Notes under the pieces: generated by a model
Database searches by the model: none
Told to the model about the DNA's origin: nothing
Seen by the model: only the letters and a program-made list of their open reading frames with translations
NCBI GenBank assembly: GCA_036269295.1
Contig: DATASG010000133.1
Span: 1-49,225, forward strand
Origin: Vicinamibacterales bacterium
GTDB taxonomy: Bacteria > Acidobacteriota > Vicinamibacteria > Vicinamibacterales > CAVVIG01
Length of the DNA stretch: 49,225 nucleotides
Direction: 5' to 3'
Made by a program: the position numbers and the translations under genes
In this document: piece by piece, positions 32,513 to 40,980 of the stretch
Numbering within the stretch: position 1 is the first letter of the stretch
Layout: the number at the start of each line of letters is the position of its first letter

Positions 32513-34644
32513 TTCGTCCCTCCTGCTCTTTCCTGTTCGATCGCCGCCAGGACCTTGTGCGGGTGCAGCGGCAGGCTGCGGATGGTGGCACCGGTGGCGT
32601 TGCGCACCGCGTTGGCGATCGCCGAGGCGGTCGACACCGTCGGCGGCTCGCCGATGCCGATGACGCCGCGCTCCGGCATGTTGTTCAGCATGATCTCGAT
32701 CTTCGGGACGTCGGACATCCCGGCCAGCAGGTACATTTCCATGTTCGGGTTGACCATCTGGCCGGTGACGCGGTCGAGGATTCGATCCTCGAACAGCGCG
32801 AAGTTGATCGCGGCGATGACGCCGCCGTAGGCCTGGCTCTCCGCGGTCAGTTTGTCGACGATCAGGCCGCAATCCTGAATGGCGAGGATGCGCGTGACCC
32901 GGACGATGCCGGTCTCGATGTCGACACTGGCTTCGGCGAATTGCACGCCGCTGGTTCCGGACCCGGAAAGGCCGTCCTCCCATTGACCGTCGACCGAGAT
33001 TGGCTCGGTGCCGATCAGCTTGCAGGCATCCTTCCACGCCAGCCCTTTCGACGGCGTGCCCTTGACGAACACGCGGCCGCCCTCGGCGACAAGATTCGCG
33101 GCGGTGGACCCGAGGGTCGGCGCGACCTTCTCGAACAGCGCATCACGGGCCAGCACAGACGTGACTCTGATCGCGGGCATCGCCGACGCGGCGGTGGTGC
33201 TGCCGCCCGAGCCGCCGCTGAACGGCAGCGTCGAATCGCCGATCTCCGGCTTGACGGCGCTGGTCGGCAGGCCGAGTGTTTCGGCCGCGACGATGGCCAC
33301 GATCGTCCGCGTGCCGGTGCCGATGTCCTGCGTGCCGCACTTGATCACGACGCCGCCGTCGGAGGTGATGTCCATGTGCGCGTGCGAGCCGCGGCCCGCG
33401 CCTCCCCACCGGTGCGCCGACACGCCCATGCCGGTCTTGATCGGCCCGGGCGTGGGATCACCGGTCGCGTGGCGCTTGTCCCAGCCGAACGCCTTGGCGC
33501 CGCGCGCGAAGTACTGCGCCCACATCGCGTTGGGCGCGGCTGGCGGCAGATTCTTCACGCGGAACGCCACCGGATCCATCTTCACGCGATCGGCGAGCTC
33601 ATCCATCAGGATTTCGGTCAGGAAACAGCCCTGCGGATGGCCCGGCGCGCGCATCGCGCGCTGCTGGCCGGCGTTGATGAACACGTCCTTGTGAGTGCGC
33701 TTGCGGTTCGGGAAGTTGTAGATGTACGGCAGCGGGAAGCCGCTCGGCGCGCCGGCGCCGCCGGTGCCCCAGCTCTGGGCGTCAAACGCGGTCAGCGTGC
33801 CGTCGGCGGTCACGCCGGCACGGATGTGTGCGGTCGCCGACGGACGGTTGCCGGTGTCGAGATGTTCTTCCTTGCGATCGAGCATCAGCTTGACCGGCGC
33901 CTTGGCCAACCTCGCCAGCCTGGCGCAGATGATGCCCTGCGCGTCGGGAGCGAACTTGCTGCCGAAGCCGCCGCCCATGTACTGGGTGATGGTGTGAACG
34001 TCGGCCTGCGGGATACCGAGCCCCTGCGCGAATCCCTGGGCGCTCTGGATCACCGCCTGCGTCGAGATCCACGCCGTCAGCTTGTCGCCGTTCCACTCGC
34101 AGACGGTGCCGTGGGTCTCGAGGCAGACGTGGCCGATCACGTGCGTGGAGTAGGTGGCCTCGACGATGTGCGCCGCATTAGCGAAGCCGGCGGCGAGGTC
34201 CCCGGTTTCTTCGGCCGTCCCCTGGCGGGTGTTGCCGTTGGGGAACACCGCGGGCGCATCTGGCGCCATCGCCTGCTCGACGTTGGCGAAGTGCGGCAGC
34301 ACCTCGTAGCGAACGCGGATCAGCCGCGCGGCGTCGAGCGCGCGCTCCTCGGTGTCGGCGGCGACCGCGGCGACCGGATCGCCCTGATACATCACCTGCG
34401 CGCCCGGTTGCACGTAGGCGAGCACCGCCCTGACCCCGGGCGCTTTTTCGGCGGCGGCGGTGTCGACCGAGACCACTCGGGCGTGCGCGTAGGGCGAACG
34501 GACCATCTTGCCGAAGATCATCCCAGGGCGGTTGATGTCGTAGGTGTAGCGCGCGCGGCCGGTGACCTTGTCGGGTCCATCGAGCCGCTTGATCGAGGTG
34601 CCAATCAGCACCGGCTTCTCGGGCCAGGCGTACTTGTTATCCAC
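32509..34644 (-). CDS. molybdopterin-binding large subunit (PaoC-like), second copy
   Basis: 711 aa with a GTG start and IKRLDGPDKVTGRARYTYD. It is a paralogue of 19342-22089 without the low-complexity insertion. Confidence 0.92.
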   Translation of the reverse strand: MDNKYAWPEKPVLIGTSIKRLDGPDKVTGRARYTYDINRPGMIFGKMVRSPYAHARVVSVDTAAAEKAPGVRAVLAYVQPGAQVMYQGDPVAAVAADTEERALDAARLIRVRYEVLPHFANVEQAMAPDAPAVFPNGNTRQGTAEETGDLAAGFANAAHIVEATYSTHVIGHVCLETHGTVCEWNGDKLTAWISTQAVIQSAQGFAQGLGIPQADVHTITQYMGGGFGSKFAPDAQGIICARLARLAKAPVKLMLDRKEEHLDTGNRPSATAHIRAGVTADGTLTAFDAQSWGTGGAGAPSGFPLPYIYNFPNRKRTHKDVFINAGQQRAMRAPGHPQGCFLTEILMDELADRVKMDPVAFRVKNLPPAAPNAMWAQYFARGAKAFGWDKRHATGDPTPGPIKTGMGVSAHRWGGAGRGSHAHMDITSDGGVVIKCGTQDIGTGTRTIVAIVAAETLGLPTSAVKPEIGDSTLPFSGGSGGSTTAASAMPAIRVTSVLARDALFEKVAPTLGSTAANLVAEGGRVFVKGTPSKGLAWKDACKLIGTEPISVDGQWEDGLSGSGTSGVQFAEASVDIETGIVRVTRILAIQDCGLIVDKLTAESQAYGGVIAAINFALFEDRILDRVTGQMVNPNMEMYLLAGMSDVPKIEIMLNNMPERGVIGIGEPPTVSTASAIANAVRNATGATIRSLPLHPHKVLAAIEQERAGGTN

Positions 34645-35224
34645 GAGCCACCTGCCTTGCTTTGAGAGCCGCTTCCATGATCCGGACGAAGGTGCCGCAG
34701 CGGCAGATGTTGCCGTCGAGCCCTTTGCTGATCTGCTCGCGCGTCGCGTTGGGGTGTTTCTCGAGCACGGCGACGGTGGCGACCACGAAGCCCGGCGTGC
34801 AGAAGCCGCACATCAGCCCGTCGGTGTCGCAAAACGCCTGCTGCACGGGGTGCAGCGTCCCATTCGCCGAGGCGAGGCCGTCGACGGTGCGAATCTGTTT
34901 ACCCTGCACTTCGATCGCAAGCGTCGAGCACGAGTAGACCGTCCGGCCATCGACGATCATCGTGCAGGCGCCGCAGGTGCCGCGGTCGCAGACCCGCTTG
35001 TTGCCGGTGAGATCGGCGCGATTGCGGATCGCATCGAGCAGCGTCACGCGCGGTTCGATCTTCAGCTCGACCCGCTTGCCGTTGACCATCAGGGTCACCG
35101 GCACCTCGCCAGGACCGGCGAGGCGCGGATCGGTTTGCGCCTCGGCGACGGTGGCTGTGGTCACCGCGGTCGCGAAACTGGTCACGCCGGCGCTTTTCAA
35201 GAATTCTCTGCGGCTGACTGTCAT
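34637..35224 (-). CDS. Tat-signal [2Fe-2S] small subunit (PaoA-like), second copy
   Basis: The twin-arginine motif is SRREFLKSAGV. Cysteine clusters are CDRGTCGACT and CGFCTPG...CRCG. It overlaps the large-subunit gene by 8 nt. Confidence 0.92.
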   Translation of the reverse strand: MTVSRREFLKSAGVTSFATAVTTATVAEAQTDPRLAGPGEVPVTLMVNGKRVELKIEPRVTLLDAIRNRADLTGNKRVCDRGTCGACTMIVDGRTVYSCSTLAIEVQGKQIRTVDGLASANGTLHPVQQAFCDTDGLMCGFCTPGFVVATVAVLEKHPNATREQISKGLDGNICRCGTFVRIMEAALKARQVARG

Positions 35225-35231
35225 GGGGTGA

Positions 35232-35237
35232 ATAATA
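35232..35237 (-). promoter_or_regulatory. -10-like TATTAT hexamer 7 nt upstream of the PaoA-like ATG
   Basis: The minus strand reads TATTAT-tcacccc-ATG with no SD in between. Confidence 0.35.
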
Positions 35238-35239
35238 CC

Positions 35240-35271
35240 GGGGCTGGGGGCCGGGAACTAGGGGCTGGGGG
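35240..35271 (+). repeat. GGGGCTGGGGG x2 (21-bp period) in the 5' leader of the class V aminotransferase gene
   Basis: Units are at 35240-35250 and 35261-35271. The second unit merges into the SD GGAGG (35269-35273). Confidence 0.8.
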
Positions 35272-35279
35272 AGGCGGTT

Positions 35280-36581
35280 ATGAACGCGAGACGTGACTTC
35301 TTGCGACAGGTTCTGCCGGTGGGTGCGCTTGGCGCCGTGGCGCTCAACAGCGACTGGCTCGAGCGGGTCGTCTCCGCGAGCGCGGGGGTCGCGGATCGGA
35401 GCCCGGCCGAGGTGGCGGCCGACGAGGGCTACTGGCGCGATATCCAGCAGGCGTTCACCCTCGATCGCACGATTATCAACCTGAACAACGGTTACACCTG
35501 CCCGAGCCCGCGGGTGGTCCACGAGGCGCTGAAGCGATATCTCGACGTGTCGAACCAGGCGCCGATTCACTTCATGTGGAACCAGCTCGAGCCCAACGTG
35601 GAGCAGGTGCGCCGCAAGCTGGCGATCGAGGTCGGCTGCGACATGGAGGAGCTGGCGATCACGCGCAACGCCAGCGAGGGACTGCAGATCGTGCAGCTCG
35701 GCATCGATCTGCAGCCAGGCGATCACGTGGTGACCACGAACCAGGACTACGGGCGGATGCTCGACACCTGGGATCAGCGGGTGCGTCGGGACAAGATCGC
35801 CGTGACCAAGATCGCGTTCCCGGTGCCGACCACCAACATCTCCGAGCTGACCGATCGGATCACCCACGCGATCACGCCGAAGACGAAGATCATCCACATC
35901 TGTCACATCACCAACCTGACGGGGCAGCTGTTTCCGGTGCGCGAGATCGCGCGGATGGCACGGGCGCGCGGCATTCAGACGATCGTCGACGGCGCGCACG
36001 CCTTCGCGCACTTCCCGTTCAAGGTGTCCGACCTCGAGTGCGACTACTACGGCTGCTCGCTGCACAAGTGGATGCTGGCGCCGGTCGGCACCGGCTTCCT
36101 GTACGTACGGCGCGAGAACATCGCCAAGGTCTGGCCGCTGACGCCGGCGGCCGCGAGCAAGGCGGACAACATCCGCAAGTTCGAGGAGATCGGCACGCAC
36201 CCGGCGGCCAATCACAACGCGATCGCGGAAGCGCTCGCGTTCCACCAGGCGATCGGCACCGAGCGCAAGGCGGCGCGGCTGCGTTACCTCAACGATCGGT
36301 GGGCGACGCGTGTGGACAAGCTGCCGGGCGTGAAGATCCTGAACAGCCGTGAGCCAAACCAGGCCTGGGGTCTGTTCAACGTCAGCCTCGAGCGGGTCGA
36401 CTCGCCGAGGGCCTACGAGTTCCTGTGGTCCAAGTACCGCATCATCACCGCCGCGATCAAGCGCGACGACTACCAGGGTCTGCGGGTCACGCCGAACGTC
36501 TACACCACGCTCGAGGAGGTGGACACGTTCTCGATGGCGATCGCGGACCTGCTCAAGAACGGCGCGCCGTCGACGGCGTAA
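35280..36581 (+). CDS. Tat-signal class V aminotransferase-fold PLP enzyme (cysteine desulfurase / isopenicillin-N epimerase-like fold)
   Basis: 433 aa with the N-terminus MNARRDFLRQVLPVGALGAVAL...SASA. The class V features are HITNLTGQ and GCSLHKWMLAPVGTGFLY. Confidence 0.87.
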   Translation: MNARRDFLRQVLPVGALGAVALNSDWLERVVSASAGVADRSPAEVAADEGYWRDIQQAFTLDRTIINLNNGYTCPSPRVVHEALKRYLDVSNQAPIHFMWNQLEPNVEQVRRKLAIEVGCDMEELAITRNASEGLQIVQLGIDLQPGDHVVTTNQDYGRMLDTWDQRVRRDKIAVTKIAFPVPTTNISELTDRITHAITPKTKIIHICHITNLTGQLFPVREIARMARARGIQTIVDGAHAFAHFPFKVSDLECDYYGCSLHKWMLAPVGTGFLYVRRENIAKVWPLTPAAASKADNIRKFEEIGTHPAANHNAIAEALAFHQAIGTERKAARLRYLNDRWATRVDKLPGVKILNSREPNQAWGLFNVSLERVDSPRAYEFLWSKYRIITAAIKRDDYQGLRVTPNVYTTLEEVDTFSMAIADLLKNGAPSTA

Positions 36582-36586
36582 CGCAC

Positions 36587-36647
36587 GGCTCAACTCTCAA
36601 GGCTCAACTCTCGGTGGGTTGAGACTTGAGCGTTCAGCGTTGAAACG
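36587..36647. repeat. GGCTCAACTCTC x2 tandem followed by inverted GTTGAG / TTGAGC copies between convergent genes
   Basis: Units are at 36587-36600 and 36601-14. CTCAAC pairs with GTTGAG and CTCAA with TTGAG. This is a possible bidirectional terminator. Confidence 0.7.
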
Positions 36648-38373
36648 TACTCTCGACCGGCAGGACGCGATAGACGCTGATCTCGGCGTGTTTGTCCTCG
36701 CGCTGCCATGGGTGCCGCGAGACGAGCGTCAGATCGGGCCGGCGATCCAGCTCAGTGACCAGCTCCTGGTAACGCGCGCCGTACAGCCACTCGCCGTGAA
36801 TCACCAGGTAGCGGACGCCGTGTGACCTGATCATGTTCATCGAGGTCTCGTCCGGAAAACCTCGAACCGCGTTCACGATCTTCTGATACGACGGTGGAAA
36901 GAAACCACTGTAGCCGTTCACCAGGTACTGCCAGTGGAACGTCGAGTAGTAGAGGTATTCCGGATCTTCCATCGCGCCGGTCGGAAACTCGAAGATCACC
37001 GAGGTCGGGCCGTCACCGGCGTCGCGCACCAGATCCGCGTATGCCTGCGGCGGCTGCCGCGGCGCCGCCCACAGCTCGAGCGGGTGTGAGGCGTACTCGA
37101 CGAGCATCAGCACGCCGATCAGCGTCAGCACCGCCCGCCGCAGGTTCGCGGATCGCAGGCGATCCGCGATCCGCGTCGCGCCGTAGCCGGCAAGCACCGC
37201 GAGCGAGAAGCCGACCATCAACCCCATCCGCGCCGGAATCCGGAGCGCCTTGAACGGGAGAAAGTAGTCGTAGAGGCCGCGATAGATGATGCCGTTGAAG
37301 CCCAGCGACACGTCGAAGGCGAGGATCAGGCCGAGCGCGTAGGCGAACGGCGGGGCGCGAAAGTACCCGGGCTGCGGCTGCTCGCGGGTTCGCGGCCAGA
37401 CCCCGACGACCGCGAGGGCGATGGCGACGAATCCGGGAAACAACCGGCGCTCGGGATCCATGAAGCGCGCGAACACTCTCCCGTACAACGCGTTGACTTC
37501 CGGCGGCGCCAGGTAATTCCGCCAAGTCGCGCTGTTCATGGCGACCTCGCCCCGGCCGCGCTCGCCGACGACCTTGCGGGCCGCGAGATAGGCGCGTCCG
37601 ACCGGCGCCATCATCACGGTCACGATCGCCGCCGCCGCCGCCAGGGCAATCAGGCGCTCCCTGGTTGGCGTCCCCCTCGCGATCAGCAGCGCTCCGCAGA
37701 CGACCGACATGTAGGGGATGAGAAAGATGCCGTAGTACATGCAGGACAGCATCTGGCAGGCGGTGCAGACGCCGAGCAGCACGCCGTCGCGCAGGCGTCC
37801 GGTGTCGAGCAGGCGATGGAAGGCCCACAACGCGAGCGGGATGAACTGGGTCTGCTGCAGCTGGAGATGCGCGTAGTGATCGATGCGGTAGGGTGGAAAC
37901 GCGAAGACGATGCCCGCGAGAATGGCGGCGCCGACGTGCCCGGTCAGCCGGCGCACGAGTAGCGCGACGCCCACGCCCGACAGCGCGAAGCCCGACAGGA
38001 ACACGAGGTTGTAAATCAGGATCGGCGCGGCACCCAGCCATTGCAGCGGGGCGGCGAGCAGGCCCGGCACCAGCAACGTCTCCGAATACGCGAGCGTGTT
38101 GCGCTCGGGGTAGAAGATGTTGGCGTCGAAGATGTGCGCGGGCGCGTTCGGCAATTGATGCGCCACCCACGCCAGCACCCAGGTCACCATCAGCGGGTCG
38201 GCGGGATCGTGGACGCCGTCTGACATGCGCAAGACCTGCGGATAGGTCATCAACGCAGTGAGCGCGACGAAGAGCGCCAGCGTCAACGCCAGAAACGCGG
38301 CGGTGCCGAGGCCGTTCCCTTCGGCTCGGCGCGGCACTCCGGCCTCGCTCACGGCCGGCCGGTCAGATGTCAC
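36634..38373 (-). CDS. polytopic membrane protein, GT-C-fold glycosyltransferase-like, family uncertain
   Basis: 579 aa with more than 10 hydrophobic helices. The first-loop acidic motif is GVHDPADP, and the C-terminal soluble domain contains YYSTFHWQYLVNGYSGFFP. It is a paralogue of 45279-47255. Confidence 0.8.
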   Translation of the reverse strand: MTSDRPAVSEAGVPRRAEGNGLGTAAFLALTLALFVALTALMTYPQVLRMSDGVHDPADPLMVTWVLAWVAHQLPNAPAHIFDANIFYPERNTLAYSETLLVPGLLAAPLQWLGAAPILIYNLVFLSGFALSGVGVALLVRRLTGHVGAAILAGIVFAFPPYRIDHYAHLQLQQTQFIPLALWAFHRLLDTGRLRDGVLLGVCTACQMLSCMYYGIFLIPYMSVVCGALLIARGTPTRERLIALAAAAAIVTVMMAPVGRAYLAARKVVGERGRGEVAMNSATWRNYLAPPEVNALYGRVFARFMDPERRLFPGFVAIALAVVGVWPRTREQPQPGYFRAPPFAYALGLILAFDVSLGFNGIIYRGLYDYFLPFKALRIPARMGLMVGFSLAVLAGYGATRIADRLRSANLRRAVLTLIGVLMLVEYASHPLELWAAPRQPPQAYADLVRDAGDGPTSVIFEFPTGAMEDPEYLYYSTFHWQYLVNGYSGFFPPSYQKIVNAVRGFPDETSMNMIRSHGVRYLVIHGEWLYGARYQELVTELDRRPDLTLVSRHPWQREDKHAEISVYRVLPVESTFQR

Positions 38374-38555
38374 CGCTCGGCCTGAAGGATCTCGAGCAGT
38401 TCCCCGAGGGCGGCGAGCTCCTCCTGCGCGGCATGGATGATCGCGCGCCGCTCCTGCAGCGTCGGCTGCGACCAGTCTTCGCCGTCGAGCCGTACGCGGC
38501 CGGAGGCGTCGATGTCGACGACCACCGTGTCCATGGTCTCGACGTAGAGCTTCAT
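38370..38555 (-). CDS. hypothetical 61-aa protein
   Basis: It overlaps the upstream ACT gene by 1 nt and the downstream membrane-protein gene as ATGA. GC3 is high. No family is recognised. Confidence 0.5.
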   Translation of the reverse strand: MKLYVETMDTVVVDIDASGRVRLDGEDWSQPTLQERRAIIHAAQEELAALGELLEILQAER

Positions 38556-38935
38556 CAGAGACCTGCGGCGGCCGCGGCGCGCTGCGCCTCGTCGACGCCG
38601 AACACGACCGTCGCCGTGGGGCTGCTCTCGGAGCCGCCGCCGTAAGCGTATTCGACGTTCACTCCGGCGTCGCTCAGCAGCCTCAACGCCGGCGCCAGCG
38701 CGCCGGGCGCGTTGGAAACCGCGGTGACGATCACGTCGCGTTCGGTCACCTGATGATGGTGGTCGCGCAGGACCGCGGCGGCGTGCACGTGGTTGTCGAC
38801 CACCAGGCGCAGCTGACCGCCGGTCTCGAGCCCGATCGCCTGGACGTTGACGCGCTCGTCGGATAGCAGGCGGCAGACGGCCGCCAACGCTCCCGGGCTG
38901 TTCGCCAGACGCAGCGAGAGTTCAATTCTGATCAT
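38555..38935 (-). CDS. stand-alone tandem ACT-domain protein
   Basis: 126 aa from ATG 38935, with two ACT-like halves, NSPGALAAVCRLLSDERVNV and NAPGALAPALRLLSDAGVNV. Confidence 0.8.
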   Translation of the reverse strand: MIRIELSLRLANSPGALAAVCRLLSDERVNVQAIGLETGGQLRLVVDNHVHAAAVLRDHHHQVTERDVIVTAVSNAPGALAPALRLLSDAGVNVEYAYGGGSESSPTATVVFGVDEAQRAAAAAGL

Positions 38936-38949
38936 GCGGGGGATGATTA

Positions 38950-39030
38950 CACAGACAAGGACACAGAGGAAAACAAAGGGCACAGAGGCTGAGCGCCGCT
39001 GTCTGTGCGACCTTGTTGACTTCGTGTGCT
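38950..39030. repeat. imperfect inverted repeat built from CACAGAGG / CAAAGGG words, related to the element at 5716-5780
   Basis: CACAGACAAGGACACAGAGGAAAACAAAGGGCACAGAGG ... CTGTCTGTGCGACCTTGTTGACTTCGTGTG lies directly 5' of the ACT gene. Confidence 0.7.
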
Positions 39031-39125
39031 TGATGGTGAGCGAAGCGGGAATAGTAGAACCCCGAGGGCCCGGCGCCGCGGCGTGGCAGCCGCAGACGCC
39101 GAGCCCCCGGGTCGCGGGGCAGACC

Positions 39126-39806
39126 TTAGGCGAGCACCTTGATGACGACGCGGCGGTTCTGGGCGCGGCCGGCCTTGGTCTTGTTCGGCGCGACCGGCTT
39201 GTCCTTGCCGTAGCTGATGACGTTCATCTTATGCAGCGGAATCTGGTACTGCTCGTAGAGGTACCGCTTCACGGCGTCAGCGCGCGCCAGACCGATCTTC
39301 TCGTTGGTGGCCTTGTCGCCGACGTTGTCGGTGTGCCCTTCGATCTCGAGGTAGATGTTCTTCGGGTCCTGCTTCATCTGCGCGACCATCTCGTCGATTT
39401 TCGCCTTCGCCTCATCCGGCAGGGTGGTCTTGCCGAACTTGAAGTTGCCCTGGTCCTCGCTCAGGACCACTTCGTAGACGAGACGCTTGCTGGCCTTGTC
39501 GATCGCATCGAACTTGCTGTTGGCTTCGGTGCCGACCGCGTTCGCGGCCGAGTGCGCCGCGGCGGCGGCGTCGTTGGCCGCCTGCGCCGCCTGCGCGGCC
39601 GCCTGCGCCTTGGTGTCGACCTCGCCGATGCGGCCCTCGTTCCGGCGCGTCCGCTCCTGCGTTTCCTCGATGGCGCGGCCCTGTGAGTCGACTTTTTCAT
39701 TCACTTCGCCGACGCTGGTGCGGACGAACTTCTTGGTTGCGCAGGCGGTCGATCCGCCCACTGCGAGTACTACGATCGGAAGTGCCACGAGAAATTTCCG
39801 GAACAT
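39126..39806 (-). CDS. OmpA-family peptidoglycan-binding lipoprotein with an Ala-rich coiled-coil segment
   Basis: It has a lipobox-like AVGGSTAC and the OmpA C-terminal motifs IEGHTDNVG and NRRVVI. Confidence 0.9.
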   Translation of the reverse strand: MFRKFLVALPIVVLAVGGSTACATKKFVRTSVGEVNEKVDSQGRAIEETQERTRRNEGRIGEVDTKAQAAAQAAQAANDAAAAAHSAANAVGTEANSKFDAIDKASKRLVYEVVLSEDQGNFKFGKTTLPDEAKAKIDEMVAQMKQDPKNIYLEIEGHTDNVGDKATNEKIGLARADAVKRYLYEQYQIPLHKMNVISYGKDKPVAPNKTKAGRAQNRRVVIKVLA

Positions 39807-39815
39807 GTGAGCCTC

Positions 39816-40763
39816 CTAATGCGCCGTCGGGCGTGATTGCCCCGCGATGTATCCACTCCGGGCCCGAACGATCAGGTCCTTGTTGCGCGCGCGGACCACG
39901 AGCGGATGCCAGCCCGGCTTGCCGCTCGATTCGAATGCGATGACGTATTGATGCCGCAGCTCGTCGATGATCTGCCGGGCGGCAACGCTGCGCTGTCCCG
40001 GCGTACTCGCCACGAAGACGTGGCCACCGGTCCACGCGGCCAGATCGGCGAGCGGGCCGGCGAAGGCAATGCTCTCGACCGAACGGGTCGAGGTATCCGA
40101 CGACGGGTTGTCGATCGACGGGACGATCCCGAAGATGTAGACGGGGACGTCGATGGCGCTGGCAATCGCCGACACATCCTCGGGCTTGAGGTGGCTGGCG
40201 TTGTCAGCGCCGTCGGTCAAGACCACGACCGCGTGCCGGCGTCCCTCGCGCTCGCCGACGCGGCGCGCCGTCAGGGCGATCGCATCGTGCAGCGAGGTCG
40301 CGCCGAAGGGCACCAGATGGTTCATCGCCTCGGGCAGCGTGCGCAGGCCAACGGTGAACGGTGCCCGCTCGTCCAGATGCGTGTCGAAGGTGTAGACCGC
40401 CGCTTCGTCCCGCGACGCGTCGAGCCAGCTCAGGACGTGCGTGGCGGCCTCGCGCGCGTCCGGTAGATGGCCTTCCATGCTGCCGCTGACGTCGAACAGG
40501 ACCGCGACGCTGACGGCGGCGATGTCGGCCTGCAAATCGGCAATCGGGCGCGTCCGACCCCCGTCCACGACCTCGAAATCACGCGCGGTCAGATCGAGGA
40601 CAAACCGCCCCTTCGGGTCGCGCACCACAGCAGCGATGCGGACCATATCCACACCCGATTTGAACGACGCGATCGGCGGCGTCGGGACCTGTCCCCTGAC
40701 GCCATCCGCGCTCAGGACGAGCGTCAAAAGAGCGCCACTGATGATGAGCCTTCTCCGCGTCAC
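39816..40763 (-). CDS. secreted von Willebrand factor A (VWA) domain protein
   Basis: 315 aa with a GTG start, a signal peptide and the MIDAS motif DVSGSM. It ends 9 nt upstream of the OmpA-family gene. Confidence 0.87.
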   Translation of the reverse strand: MTRRRLIISGALLTLVLSADGVRGQVPTPPIASFKSGVDMVRIAAVVRDPKGRFVLDLTARDFEVVDGGRTRPIADLQADIAAVSVAVLFDVSGSMEGHLPDAREAATHVLSWLDASRDEAAVYTFDTHLDERAPFTVGLRTLPEAMNHLVPFGATSLHDAIALTARRVGEREGRRHAVVVLTDGADNASHLKPEDVSAIASAIDVPVYIFGIVPSIDNPSSDTSTRSVESIAFAGPLADLAAWTGGHVFVASTPGQRSVAARQIIDELRHQYVIAFESSGKPGWHPLVVRARNKDLIVRARSGYIAGQSRPTAH

Positions 40764-40936
40764 GTCGTCCGTTAGTGCTAGACGCTTGCCATCTGGTGAA
40801 AGACTTTGTTTTCAACGTTTTATCTCAATGAAGGCCTTCACGACATGCAGCCAATGACTATCCAGTCGCGTAACAATTACTCTGGCAGGTCATCAATTAC
40901 ATGGGGTGGAGCAGGTCCGGAGCGACCGAGGACGCC

Positions 40937-40980
40937 TCCGGTTCGAGTCCTGGTAAGCCTCGGTTCGAGTCCGAGTAAGA
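40937..40980 (+). repeat. 22-bp tandem duplication containing the tRNA T-arm-like sequence GGTTCGAGTCC twice
   Basis: The copies are tCCGGTTCGAGTCCTGGTAAGC and CTCGGTTCGAGTCCGAGTAAGA. The second forms a perfect 5-bp stem with a 7-nt loop. Confidence 0.8.

Noticed and set aside
32557-34665. Very long antisense or shadow ORFs. Examples are 32557-34665 (+), 1521-2972 (-), 15011-16354 (+), 19285-20346 (-), 34899-36593 (-), 22015-23061 (-) and 43425-44456 (-).
   Set aside because: They overlap well-supported genes on the opposite strand or in another frame. They are Arg/Ala/Gly/Pro-rich with no recognisable motifs. Such ORFs are expected from stop-codon depletion in GC-rich DNA.
38936-38983. A longer ACT-domain ORF starting at GTG 38983, adding MPFVFLCVLVCVIIPR
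   Set aside because: The extension is a translation of the CCTTTGTGTCC-type repeat words. It would add a hydrophobic Cys-rich tail to a soluble ACT protein. The ATG at 38935 gives a canonical ACT N-terminus (MIRIELSLRLANSPGAL).
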